64,000 bases of DNA from Thalassobaculaceae bacterium (GTDB lineage: Bacteria; Pseudomonadota; Alphaproteobacteria; Thalassobaculales; Thalassobaculaceae). How positions within the stretch are numbered: position 1 is the first letter of the stretch; every line of letters starts with the position of its first letter. Below the pieces are notes generated by a model. It was not told the DNA's origin. It did no database searches and was given only the letters and a program-made list of their open reading frames with translations. Location of the stretch: assembly GCA_965228875.1 (NCBI GenBank), contig OZ245843.1:3144616-3208615 (forward strand), in the 5' to 3' direction. The position numbers were made by a program, and so were the translations under genes. Positions 18,173-28,019 of the stretch are shown piece by piece.

Positions 18173-18372
18173 GGCCCGAAAACTCTAGCCACGGCTGGGG
18201 GCAGGTTCGGGAGCACTTCAATACCCGGAGCGCCCGACCCGCAGCCGGGGGCATGTTCGGGAGCACTCCAAATGGCCCGAAAACTCTCGCCACGGCTGGA
18301 GGCAGGTCCGGGAGCACTCCAAAGGCCTGGGAACTCTAGCCTCAGCCGGGGGGCAGGTTCGAGAGCGTCCCA
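18173..18372. repeat. Four tandem, 50-51-bp-period imperfect copies of the IS right end
   Basis: Units end in CA at 18220, 18270, 18321 and 18372; shared core GGGGGCAGGTTCGGGAGCACT(T/C)CA; units 1 and 3 also share GGCCCGAAAACTCT(A/C)GCCACGGCTGG. Confidence 0.9.
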
Positions 18373-21300
18373 GGCTCGCTAGCCGACGATTGCAGCGTGA
18401 GAACCTCCAACTCTGACGACCGCAGTTGAGCTCGCGCAGCCTCAACCACATACCGGTGATGCGTGAACAGGAGCACCTGGGTATGTCGACCTAGCTCTAG
18501 GAGCGTATTGATCCCCGCCGCCGTCCGATCCTCGTCGCTGGTGATGAAAAGGTCGTCGGCGACAAACGGCAGGGGCTCGGCGCTCTCCATGTGCCTCTCG
18601 ATCGCCGCTATCCTGAGAGCCAAGTACAGCTGGTCCAGGGTGCCGTCGCTCATCCCGGAGACCGGACACAGCTTGCCGTCGGCGCGGTAGCCCACCAGCA
18701 CCGGCTTCTCCGCGTCGGTGTAGTCCACCGATAGCTTAATGATCGGGTTGGCACCGGTTGAAGCCACGGCCGCGAAGATCTCGCTCGCGCGCCGAACCAG
18801 CGGATGTTGGTTCTGCTCCCGATACCGCTCGACCGCCCGATTCAGGATGATGTTGGCGGCCCGCAGCCGCAGCCAGCGCTCGACATGGTCGACCAACTCG
18901 GCCGCGGCGTCGTTCGCTTCCTGGGCTGCCGATCCGGCGCCCTCTCGCTGGCCAAGCGCCCGCAGGTCGCCCTGTGCCTCGGCCAACGTTCGTTCCGCAA
19001 CCTGCACGTCCTGCAGCTGACGCGTGATCTCGTCACCGAGACGCGAGATACCCGCGACCACATCGTCCGCTCCGAGCTCGCTGACAGCCTCCCGTAGGGC
19101 GCCTTCCTCCCGACCATCACCCGCCGAGCTCAGGTCTTCCCGCTCTTTCAGCAGACCTTGTGCGATAGTCCGCCGCTCGTCCGCCGCCCGGGCCAGCACC
19201 GGAACATCCGCATCAGCCTCAAGGCCATTCGCCTGGCGCAGGGACGACAGTTCCCGCTCAGCAGCCGCGAGATGCTTTTCGGCCGCCTCGTGGTCCGCTT
19301 TTGCCTTGCTGATGCGGACCTGGACCTCATCGATACGAGCCTGGCGCTGCTGAGCCTCGTCCAGCCTGTTTCGGAGCAGCGGCACCAGCGCAGCGCAGTC
19401 GGTCTCCTCAATCAGATCTGCGGCGGCCTCACCCAAGTCGGACATTAGGCTCGCGACGTCGGCCTCGTAGGCCGCGGTCACCTCCTGCATGTCCTCCAGG
19501 CGCTTTGCAGTCTGCAAGAGGTCCTTCCTGAGCTTCTCGATCTCCTGCCAGACCGACAGCGCTTCATCCGCTTCCCCGGGCGTTGCGTCAGGTGGTAATC
19601 CCAGCGCAGGCACTTCGGCCGCCCATTGCTCGCGCCACTGTTCCAGTTCCGCCTCGACACTGGAGAGATCCTCGCGGCGCTCCTCGGCCCGCTGACGACT
19701 GGCCGCAAGCGTGCGTTTGAGCTCGACCACTTCCGTCCAACGCTCTTTCGCCACATCAAACGCGACCGTCAATCGTTCACGCAGGACTGGCGTCGTGAGC
19801 TTGTCTGTCTCATCGATCTCAAATTCAGCGGCCGCACGAAGGAGATGCTCGCGGACTTGATTGTCCTCGCCTGCCGCTTCCTGCTCAGCCGATCGCGCTG
19901 ATCTGATATCCCGGAGCTTCGCAAGAACCTGGTCCTTGCGGGCTAGCCACTCCCGCATAGCCGATGGCTCGCCAGGCTCGACGCCGGACCCGTTCCAGAG
20001 AGCCGCCCATTCTGACTTCCAAGACTGCGTCCGCTGCCCGAGGTCCTCCTGGCGCCTCTCCAGAGCAGCAAGATCCGCTTTCACCTTCTCAAGCTGGCCA
20101 GTGGAGGTAGCGAACCGGGCGATACGGTCAGCCTCGCGCTCGCGACCGTCGGCCAGGAAGTCCGCGTGGTGCACGGCACCCTCATAGGCCTCAGCCACAC
20201 CAGCGTCTCCGGCGAAATCGGAGACATCCTGGTCGGGGACATCAGCTTTCTCGATGTAGCGGCGCCGGATCAGTCTCCATCCGTCATCTCGCTGTTCGCG
20301 GGCCTGCTGCATGGCGTCGGGCGTCGGAACTTCCCCCCCAACCTGAAGCGCTACGAGCTCGCCCTCGAGGTCCCTCTGTTCCGCCAGCTTGCGTTCTCGC
20401 TCATCGGCCAGCGCTTCCTGTTCACGCCAGAGGCGATCCGAGGCTTGCCCGAGGCGGACGACGGTTTCGCCTGTGGGAAAAGATCGCTTCGCCAGTTCTT
20501 CAGCGCCGAGAGGCCATCGTCCTAGGCCAGACAGCGCCGCGGCCAAGTCTTCCTCGGCCTCCTTGAGCGAGCGTTTTGCCTGAGCGTGCCGGGCAGCTGT
20601 GTTTCCTAAATCGGATGCGGATTTCATGGCGACTGCCGCAGCGGCTGGGTCAACGGGCGACCCAGCCTCTTCCAGCTGCCGCTCAGCTTGGCGCACGGTC
20701 GCCTCGACTTGCTCGAGTTCATCACGGGCAGAGGTCAGCTTCACGTCCAGTCGGTTCGACTCTGCGATCAGGACCTTCACCCGACCAACCGAGCGCGCTG
20801 TCGGTGCCCGATCGGCCATTTCCTCTGGGGGCACAGATAGCCCGAGCTTCTTCAGAAGGTTCCCGACCTGCCCCCAGCCCAACTCGAGATCTCGCTCGCG
20901 ATGCGGCGCATCCCGGATCTTGGCCCGGTAGTCGCCCAAGTCGGTCATGAGGGCTGTGATCCGTTCCGCCAGCGCAGGCCAGGGATCAGCTGCTCCGAGC
21001 GCCTTCAGATCTCCCTTCAGTTGCTCAGTGGTCTCGGCCGACCGCTTGACCGCAGCAGATGCATCCTCGAACGCCTTGGTCGCCTGGTGCCATGTCTCGG
21101 CGAATCCGTTTGGCAGATCGACTCCGTCCCCCAGAGCGTCCAGGCGCTCCTGCAAGTCGTCGATCCTGCGGAGGATCGGGGCGACACGGCGAATCCGCTC
21201 CAGAGCACTTTGCTCCCTGCGTGACTCCGCCAAGACATCCTCAGCTTCCTTCAGAGAAGTCCTGGCCGCTGCGACGGCCTTCTCGGCCGCCACCCAGTGG

Positions 21301-21920
21301 TCCGCCCGCAACATCTCCGACTTCATGCGGGAACTCGCCTGCTCGAACAGGGCATGTGCCTGCCAATATGGCTTCGTCGACGACTTTCGGGTCGGAGCAC
21401 CGATCGCGTCAGCGTCGTCTGACAATTGCTTCGCGACGCCGGAGAGATGGGCGGTACCCGCACCGGCCTCGAACAAGCTGCGCGCGATGTCGCCACCGGC
21501 CTCCAGCATGCCCTTGCCTCCCTCGCGCAGGCGCTGGTGGTTCAGGCCAAACATGCGAGTGAAGAACTCTTCCGTCGCCCCACCAAGGAACGGCACTAGG
21601 GTGTCTGCTGGCAACTCGCCACTCTCGTCCGGCTTCAGAAGGCTGTTTCCGCGGGCTTTGCGACGTTTGAAAGCCAGTCGCTGCCCGGCCGCATTCGTGA
21701 TCGTGGCACCGATCCTGAGGCGGCTGTACTCGTGCAGAAAGTTATACGGCGTGCGCTCGGGGATCCCGAACAGCACGTCGCAGATCGCTGCCAGCGCGGT
21801 CGATTTGCCCGCCTCATTGGGACCGTAGATGACGTGGAGACGGACGTCATCGCCCGAGAAGTCCAGGCGCAGATCGTCGAAGTGACCGAACCGCTCAAGA
21901 TGGAGTTCCTCGAAGCGCAT
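18342..21920 (-). CDS. YhaN-family (AAA_27) SMC/Rad50-like ATPase
   Basis: LERFGHF, IYGPNEAGKST, long coiled coil, signature MSDGTLDQLYLALR, Walker B PFVADD, QVLLFTHH. Confidence 0.92.
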   Translation of the reverse strand: MRFEELHLERFGHFDDLRLDFSGDDVRLHVIYGPNEAGKSTALAAICDVLFGIPERTPYNFLHEYSRLRIGATITNAAGQRLAFKRRKARGNSLLKPDESGELPADTLVPFLGGATEEFFTRMFGLNHQRLREGGKGMLEAGGDIARSLFEAGAGTAHLSGVAKQLSDDADAIGAPTRKSSTKPYWQAHALFEQASSRMKSEMLRADHWVAAEKAVAAARTSLKEAEDVLAESRREQSALERIRRVAPILRRIDDLQERLDALGDGVDLPNGFAETWHQATKAFEDASAAVKRSAETTEQLKGDLKALGAADPWPALAERITALMTDLGDYRAKIRDAPHRERDLELGWGQVGNLLKKLGLSVPPEEMADRAPTARSVGRVKVLIAESNRLDVKLTSARDELEQVEATVRQAERQLEEAGSPVDPAAAAVAMKSASDLGNTAARHAQAKRSLKEAEEDLAAALSGLGRWPLGAEELAKRSFPTGETVVRLGQASDRLWREQEALADERERKLAEQRDLEGELVALQVGGEVPTPDAMQQAREQRDDGWRLIRRRYIEKADVPDQDVSDFAGDAGVAEAYEGAVHHADFLADGREREADRIARFATSTGQLEKVKADLAALERRQEDLGQRTQSWKSEWAALWNGSGVEPGEPSAMREWLARKDQVLAKLRDIRSARSAEQEAAGEDNQVREHLLRAAAEFEIDETDKLTTPVLRERLTVAFDVAKERWTEVVELKRTLAASRQRAEERREDLSSVEAELEQWREQWAAEVPALGLPPDATPGEADEALSVWQEIEKLRKDLLQTAKRLEDMQEVTAAYEADVASLMSDLGEAAADLIEETDCAALVPLLRNRLDEAQQRQARIDEVQVRISKAKADHEAAEKHLAAAERELSSLRQANGLEADADVPVLARAADERRTIAQGLLKEREDLSSAGDGREEGALREAVSELGADDVVAGISRLGDEITRQLQDVQVAERTLAEAQGDLRALGQREGAGSAAQEANDAAAELVDHVERWLRLRAANIILNRAVERYREQNQHPLVRRASEIFAAVASTGANPIIKLSVDYTDAEKPVLVGYRADGKLCPVSGMSDGTLDQLYLALRIAAIERHMESAEPLPFVADDLFITSDEDRTAAGINTLLELGRHTQVLLFTHHRYVVEAARAQLRSSELEVLTLQSSASEPGTLSNLPPG

Positions 21921-21931
21921 CGCGGCCGCCC

Positions 21932-23173
21932 TTAGCCCGCACCGAGCAGGCGATGACGCAGGGTCGCCTCCGCGCCCTCCAGGATCTCGACCAGTACCTC
22001 GTCATTGACCTCCTTGAGGTCAGCGAGTTCCCGAACCCGCGTGGGCACTCTGGTCAGTGACTGCTCAAGCTCAGCCTTGAGTGCCGTCATTTCCTCCGGG
22101 CTCCCGCGGATTTCGTCGACAGTCCGCAGAAGCTCGGCCATCGCATCGGCGTTGGTGGAGACCGCTTGTTCGACGTCCTCGGTCTGCAGAACGACGCGCT
22201 CGAGCCAGACGTCGCCTCCGACCTGTTCAGCGATGCCCTGGCATTCCGCTCGAGTGCGCTCGAGATCCCCGGCGAGTTCGTTATGCAGCGGTGTTCGGCC
22301 CGAGATCGTCAGCCGAGCGGCCAGCGTTCGTCCTTCGGAGGCGTCGACGGCATCGGACAGTGCGTCCCGAACGCGGGCCAGGGCATCTTCGTACTCATTG
22401 GATCCCGAGAGATCTACGGGCACGCGCTTCCAACGCACGACGTCAAAGGTTACGTGCTCGACGCCGGTGATCTCGTGCCCGTCGACAGTCAGGACGGTGG
22501 CGCCCTTGGGACCGGTCTCGTTGGCGTGGCGGCCCTGGAGGTTGCCCGGGAATACGACCCACGGGTTCTCGTTCAGGACAGCGCGGGCGTGGATGTGTCC
22601 GAGAGCCCAGTAATCGTAGCCCTTGGCGAGGAGCTCGGGCACGGAGCACGGAGCGTAGAAGGCGTGACCCGGGCGACCGTCCGCGGCGGTGTGAAGCATA
22701 CCTATGTTCAGCAAGCCGGGCACCGGATCCGGATAAGCCAGGGCGATGTTCTCGATGACGTCGCGCTTGGGGAAGCTGCGTCCGTGCACGGCAACGCCGA
22801 GGTCATCCAGGACCCAGGTCTCGGGCTTGTCGGCCCTGAACATCTTCACGTTGCCGGGCCAGGTCAGCGACCGCGTCATCTGATTCTCGGCATCGTGGTT
22901 GCCTTTGATAACGGCAACCCGGATCCCGGCGCGGTCCATACGGGCCATCTCGGACACAAAGAACAGGCCGGTCGAGAAATCCCTCCAGTCGCCGTCATAC
23001 AGGTCGCCCGCGATTAGCAGCAACGAGGCTTCGATCTCGATCGTGTGGTCGACCAGCGCCGTGAAAGCGCGACGGGTTGCTCCGACGAGATCGGAAGCAC
23101 GCTGACCGGCACGCGATGCCAGACCGGCAAGAGGGCTGTCGAGATGGATGTCAGCAGCGTGGATGATCAGCAT
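21932..23173 (-). CDS. YhaO/SbcD/Mre11-like metallophosphoesterase DNA exonuclease
   Basis: HAADIHLDSP, IAGDLYD, KGNHD, IGMLHT, YWALGHIH, PGNLQGRH; directly upstream of the yhaN-like gene. Confidence 0.93.
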   Translation of the reverse strand: MLIIHAADIHLDSPLAGLASRAGQRASDLVGATRRAFTALVDHTIEIEASLLLIAGDLYDGDWRDFSTGLFFVSEMARMDRAGIRVAVIKGNHDAENQMTRSLTWPGNVKMFRADKPETWVLDDLGVAVHGRSFPKRDVIENIALAYPDPVPGLLNIGMLHTAADGRPGHAFYAPCSVPELLAKGYDYWALGHIHARAVLNENPWVVFPGNLQGRHANETGPKGATVLTVDGHEITGVEHVTFDVVRWKRVPVDLSGSNEYEDALARVRDALSDAVDASEGRTLAARLTISGRTPLHNELAGDLERTRAECQGIAEQVGGDVWLERVVLQTEDVEQAVSTNADAMAELLRTVDEIRGSPEEMTALKAELEQSLTRVPTRVRELADLKEVNDEVLVEILEGAEATLRHRLLGAG

Positions 23174-23395
23174 GCGGTGGTGGCCCTGTTCCCTACACAG
23201 GATGGTTCCAGAGAGCGAGTGAACGAACAAGCCGTCGCATTCGACTCATTCAGTCCAGTCTCACACTTATCGCGCGTATGCAAAGCCACGGCCAAGCCAA
23301 AGCCTACGTTCACCGGCCGCAGCAACGGGCAGTTGTTTTCCGGCGGATCAAGATCGAAGATCAACCGAGAATGGCAGGGTATTTGGGGGAAGGAT

Positions 23396-26038
23396 ATGGC
23401 CGGGACGCCGATTGATGACATCGAAGCGTGGTCAAAAAAGCTTTCGCCTTGGCGGCAGGACTGCCTTAGGCGTCTCGCCGTCAACGGCGACCTGACCGGC
23501 AAGGACCTAGACGAACTCCTAGCGATGATCAAAGAGGCGGCGGGTGTTCCCCAAACGGCTAAGCCTCCAAAGCCCGTCCCGTTCACCACAGCGCACTTCA
23601 CCGGAGGAGCACATCAGCCGGTCGTTCTGAAGCGGATTGCGAACGTAAAGAACGTCAACCGCCTTCTCCCCAATGCCTCGCTGAGCTTCTCTCCAACATC
23701 TTTGACGGTCGTCTATGGTCGGAACGGCAGCGGTAAGAGCGGCTTCGTACGCATCTTGCGGACCGCCTGCAGAACCAGGATAGAGAACCCCGCCAAGCTC
23801 AAGGTTCTCGCCAACGTCTATGGAGACAGTTCAACCCCACAGAGTGCCGACATTGTCGTTGATCTGGGATCCGGAGACATACCAATACCCTGGACGCCCG
23901 GATCAGCCGCCGATCCACGCCTTGCCCAGGTGGCCGTATTCGATACAGCTTCGGCCCAACTCTATGTCGATGGCGGAAACCAGATCCGCTATCTGCCATT
24001 CGGCTTGGCACTTCCACACCGGATGAACGCTGTTTGCCTGACGCTGAAGGAGCGCTTGGACGCGGAGCGAGAGACCGCAGTCGGCAATAAAGCCAGTTTG
24101 GCCTCAATCTCGTTCCCAGTAACACGTAACACAACCGCTCAATCATTCGATCGGGGCTTGAACAAGGCGACGACCGACGCGGCAATTGCGGCTGCTACCC
24201 AATTCCAGGCCGTGGATCAAACTCGCCTGGATGACATCACGGGCATCTTATCAGCCGGTGCGGCGGCTGCCGCTGATCTCGCGGCCTTGTCAACATGGCT
24301 GAACACCGTCACGAAGGAATGCGAATCTGCAAGTGCAGCGTTTAGCGACGACGGCCTCGCAAACTACACCTCCCTGAGGAGTACGGCTATCAGCACGAGG
24401 CAAGCAGCCACAGTTGCTGCCGACGAACTGTTCACGAAAGAGCCGTTACCAGGGATCGGTAGCGATGCCTGGCGGACACTGTGGGCAGCGGCCCGCGAGT
24501 ACTCGGTAAGCGAAGCGTACGTCGGACAGCCCTTTCCAGTCATCGTCACGGAAAAAGGGCCAGGGGCGTGCGTTCTATGTCAACAGCCACTGCTCGCAGA
24601 TGGGGCTGCGCGCATGCAACGCTTCCAAGCGTTCATGAACGACACACTCGACGTCGCGGCCTCAGTCGCTGAGAAGGCCGTTAGCGACGCCATCGAAGGC
24701 CTCCCTAAACTTAGCCTCTTGGGTGCTGACGACTTCGCGGGCCACGTGGAACAAATTCGAAAGAGGAACTCGTCAGCTGCCGATGCCTTAGCCTCATTCC
24801 AGGCAGCGGCAATCGCGCGAAGGATTGAAGCAGTCAAGCGGCTCAATGGGGAAGACGGAAGGCCCGCCCCCAATTTGACCTCGCCCCTCACTGTACTTAG
24901 CACTCTAGCTGAAAGGCTTAAAGCCGAGACAGATGCGTTAAACAAGGCCTCCGATACACAAGAACGAGATAAGCTCGTTATTGAGAAAGCTGAGCTTGAG
25001 GACCGAAAGCTTCTCGCCAGCAATCGCCTAAAACTGACAACTCGGCGTGATCTTCTCGTCACGGACGCAGCCTATGCAAGCGCCCTAGCTGAAGTTCAGA
25101 CGAGAGGCGTAACGCAGAAGGCAAACGAGCTAGTCGACGCCCATCTGACGAAGGCCGTCGTCAAGCAGTTCGATGCAGAACGCGCAAGGTTCGAGATCGC
25201 GCACCTGAAGATCGCGCTGTCTCGAAAGAGCGGACAAACAAAGGCCGAATTCGAAGTGGATCCGCAAACCAAGCTGACCCGAGCTACGTCGGAGATCCTG
25301 AGTGAAGGTGAACAGAGAGCTCTGGCCTTGGCTGGCTTTCTCACCGAGGTCGCCTTGACAGACGGCTCTGGCCCGATTGTCGTGGATGACCCTGTATCCT
25401 CACTCGACCGCGACCGCAGTTCCAAGGTAGCCGACCGGCTAGCAGAGGAAGCATGCCACCGGCAAGTCATCGTATTCACTCATGACATCATATTCTTCAA
25501 TGAGCTATGCCGCGCCGCCGACAGCAATGGAATCGTACCCACTACAGTAGCGCTGTTCGGCGATAAGGACGCAGCAGGGAAAATTGACGGTGCCGGAATG
25601 GTCTGGAAGGGCCTAACCGTGGCAAAGCGAATTGGACGCATCAAGAACGACGCTGCACCACTGACAAAGCTACATTCCAGCAGCCCTGCAAATTACGAGT
25701 ACGCGATCAAGAACCTCTACGGTCGCCTGCGCGACACCTATGAAAGGGTGGTTGAAGAGGTCATTTTTTGCGAGGTAGTAAGACGTGGGTCTGACGTTAT
25801 TCAAACTCAGAAACTGCGCTTTGTTACGCTCTCTGACGCTCTAGCTATCCGGTTCCACGAAGGAATGACCCGTGCGAATACGCACAGTCACGACAATCCT
25901 GCCGCTGACACAGTCCCATTGCCCACTCCCGACGAATTTTCCGCCGATGTCGCATCGCTTGAGAAACTGATCACAGATCTCAAGGCTGAGAGTACTGCAG
26001 CTGAATCCGCTCGCCCCCAGATGAAGGTCAAGAACTAG
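23396..26038 (+). CDS. ABC/SMC-type ATPase with zinc hook and probable C-terminal HEPN-like domain (RloC-like)
   Basis: YGRNGSGKSG, central CVLCQQ hook, LSEGEQRA, IVVDDPVSSLD, QVIVFTHD; C-terminal LRDTYERVVEE...RANTHSHD. The ATPase call is solid; the RloC/HEPN call is inferred. Confidence 0.7.
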   Translation: MAGTPIDDIEAWSKKLSPWRQDCLRRLAVNGDLTGKDLDELLAMIKEAAGVPQTAKPPKPVPFTTAHFTGGAHQPVVLKRIANVKNVNRLLPNASLSFSPTSLTVVYGRNGSGKSGFVRILRTACRTRIENPAKLKVLANVYGDSSTPQSADIVVDLGSGDIPIPWTPGSAADPRLAQVAVFDTASAQLYVDGGNQIRYLPFGLALPHRMNAVCLTLKERLDAERETAVGNKASLASISFPVTRNTTAQSFDRGLNKATTDAAIAAATQFQAVDQTRLDDITGILSAGAAAAADLAALSTWLNTVTKECESASAAFSDDGLANYTSLRSTAISTRQAATVAADELFTKEPLPGIGSDAWRTLWAAAREYSVSEAYVGQPFPVIVTEKGPGACVLCQQPLLADGAARMQRFQAFMNDTLDVAASVAEKAVSDAIEGLPKLSLLGADDFAGHVEQIRKRNSSAADALASFQAAAIARRIEAVKRLNGEDGRPAPNLTSPLTVLSTLAERLKAETDALNKASDTQERDKLVIEKAELEDRKLLASNRLKLTTRRDLLVTDAAYASALAEVQTRGVTQKANELVDAHLTKAVVKQFDAERARFEIAHLKIALSRKSGQTKAEFEVDPQTKLTRATSEILSEGEQRALALAGFLTEVALTDGSGPIVVDDPVSSLDRDRSSKVADRLAEEACHRQVIVFTHDIIFFNELCRAADSNGIVPTTVALFGDKDAAGKIDGAGMVWKGLTVAKRIGRIKNDAAPLTKLHSSSPANYEYAIKNLYGRLRDTYERVVEEVIFCEVVRRGSDVIQTQKLRFVTLSDALAIRFHEGMTRANTHSHDNPAADTVPLPTPDEFSADVASLEKLITDLKAESTAAESARPQMKVKN

Positions 26039-26265
26039 CCTACATATACGATCCGTGCTCCTCCTTACCCAGCTATCGCAGCTTCCTGATCTTGGAGGAC
26101 AACGCCGATACAATCTAAGGCGCTAAGAACCATCGGCACTCGGATGGCGTTTTGCAAGTCGCAGTACGCACGCCGGAAGGCGTGGCCCTATTTAGAGTAT
26201 CTGCTGCACAGTGCCTCCTGATTCTATTTGTTTAGATCTTTGCAAGTGAACGGGTGAGGCGCGGG

Positions 26266-27417
26266 ATGGCTATCTTAATGCAGCAGACCGGCGACGGCCG
26301 GTACCAGGCTATGTCGGAGGCTCCGTATGCCGCAGAGAAAGAGCTCCAGACCCTGCTGGCCAACCACCCACAGCTTCTCGGCGCCGACGCCTTCGAAGAC
26401 GAGTCCGAGCGCCGCTGGATCCTGATCCGTGGCGAGATGGCGGTCGAGATCGAGGACACGGAGGTCACGTCCACAGGTTGGGTAGACCACTTGTTCGTCG
26501 ACCAGGACGGCATCGCTACAATCGTCGAGGTCAAGCGAGCCTCGAACACCGAAAGCCGACGCAAGATAGTCGGCCAGATCCTGGACTACGCCGCCAACGC
26601 GCCGCACCACTGGACGGCGGATGTGCTTAGGAGCGCCTTCGAGACTGCGCCGCCACCGGCAGGAGACGGCCCTAAGACGTCCGAGGAGCGGCTTGCCTGG
26701 CTGCTCGGCGCCGAGGAGCCGGATGCGGACGCGTTCTGGCAGCTGGTCGAGCAGAACTTGCGCGAGGGCCGCCTGCGCATCGTGTTCGTGCTCGACCGGG
26801 TGCCGACCGCTCTGCTTCGGATCGTCGAATTCCTCAATAAGCACCTGGACACCGTGGAAACCTATGCGCTCGAGGTGCGGCGGCACTCCAGCAGTGAGAG
26901 AGCGACGCCGATCCTGGAGATCAGCCGCCGCGGCGTGTCAGCCAGCAACCGCCCTCAGGCAGCGCGACCTCGGCACCCGGTCCTGTCGATGGAGGACTGG
27001 GAGATACGGTTCCAACGCCGCCACGGCGACGAATTGCTCGCTGCCGCCCAGGCGGTAGTCGAATGGATGTCGAAGCGCGGCCGAGTGTTCGTAACAAAGT
27101 CGGGAGATCCGTCAGTTGGCCTGCATGTGCCTGGCCCCGGTACAGGTCGCTACCCGATCTTCATCAAGGCCAACGGTAGACTCGCGATCACCTTCACATA
27201 CCTGATGCAGCGACCGGAGTTCGCTGACGAGTCGATGCGGGCCGAGGTTGCCCAGCGCATTTTGGATTTCGTGGGAAATCGTGCCCGTTATGGAGGGCCG
27301 ACTGGCGACGTGACGATCGAATTGGAACCGTTGAAGGACAAGGGCATTCGGGAGCGTGTGCTGGCGGAGGTGGAGAAGCTGGTGGCGCGGATGAGCAGTA
27401 CAGAGACGGCCACATAA
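26266..27417 (+). CDS. PD-(D/E)xK (NucS/DUF91-like) endonuclease-domain protein
   Basis: EKELQTLL...PQLL...VDHLFVDQDG...IVEVKR...VGQILDYA motif order typical of restriction-endonuclease-fold proteins. Confidence 0.75.
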   Translation: MAILMQQTGDGRYQAMSEAPYAAEKELQTLLANHPQLLGADAFEDESERRWILIRGEMAVEIEDTEVTSTGWVDHLFVDQDGIATIVEVKRASNTESRRKIVGQILDYAANAPHHWTADVLRSAFETAPPPAGDGPKTSEERLAWLLGAEEPDADAFWQLVEQNLREGRLRIVFVLDRVPTALLRIVEFLNKHLDTVETYALEVRRHSSSERATPILEISRRGVSASNRPQAARPRHPVLSMEDWEIRFQRRHGDELLAAAQAVVEWMSKRGRVFVTKSGDPSVGLHVPGPGTGRYPIFIKANGRLAITFTYLMQRPEFADESMRAEVAQRILDFVGNRARYGGPTGDVTIELEPLKDKGIRERVLAEVEKLVARMSSTETAT

Positions 27418-27593
27418 TCTGGCCCGCGAGCTCTCCAGTAGGAGCCACGGTCGCGAGCTCGTCCTTGTCGATGGTCAACGAAATCGTACCATCACATGCC
27501 AGGACTAAACATCTAGCTATCGACATAGGTATGGATAATGGCCAACGGTCGCGCTAACGCGACTTAAGAGACTCTGTCCTGTTCGCGGATCTT

Positions 27594-28019
27594 TTAAAAA
27601 TGACCGTAGATCTCTCTCCAGCTAAGACGCTTTCTGCGTAGAGTGCTGACCGGAACCTCACAGATGACCGCCAGTTCCGGCACCTCGTCGACGAAGCGTC
27701 GACCAATCGTGTCTGCATCGACGGCCTTACCCGTAGACTCCTCTACGAAACTGGTATCAGAGTCGACAAATACCCATCGTTCACCATACGTGGGCAACAG
27801 TACTGCCTGACGTCTTTCACCAATGCGATACCACAGTCTACATTCGAACCAGATGTGCCAGGGCAACCGAAGAACGGTAGCGATGAAGCCAAGCCCTGAC
27901 ACTGATGGGTCTTTATCATAACAGACGTTCACTGTTTTTAAGTTAAAGTTCCCATCCATAACGCATTCTTTGACAAAATTGATTCCTTCATCAATGGATA
28001 CATTATTTTTCTTTATCAA
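27594..28019 (-). CDS. Hypothetical protein (141 aa, low GC)
   Basis: Open frame with TTG start and GAGGGA upstream; no recognised motif. Confidence 0.5.
   Translation of the reverse strand: MIKKNNVSIDEGINFVKECVMDGNFNLKTVNVCYDKDPSVSGLGFIATVLRLPWHIWFECRLWYRIGERRQAVLLPTYGERWVFVDSDTSFVEESTGKAVDADTIGRRFVDEVPELAVICEVPVSTLRRKRLSWREIYGHF

Larger units (their letters stand above)
16984..18220 (+). mobile_element. IS3-family insertion sequence (IS407 group, IS1222-like), 1237 bp, apparently intact
   Basis: TG...CA ends; imperfect terminal IRs (TGATGTGC...GGTTAGAGTTTTC vs TGAAGTGC...GGCTAGAGTTTTC); 4-bp target duplication ATAC at 16980-16983 and 18221-18224; orfA/orfB with CGA-AAG -1 shift site at 17321-17326. 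Confidence 0.95.

Noticed and set aside
18173..18372. CRISPR-like array
   Set aside because: The units are contiguous degenerate copies of the IS end without unique spacers, and there are no cas genes.
23045..23395. N-terminal extensions of the ORF-track calls for the ATPase (23045) and exonuclease (23230)
   Set aside because: They overlap each other; the recognisable domains begin at ATG 23396 and ATG 23173.
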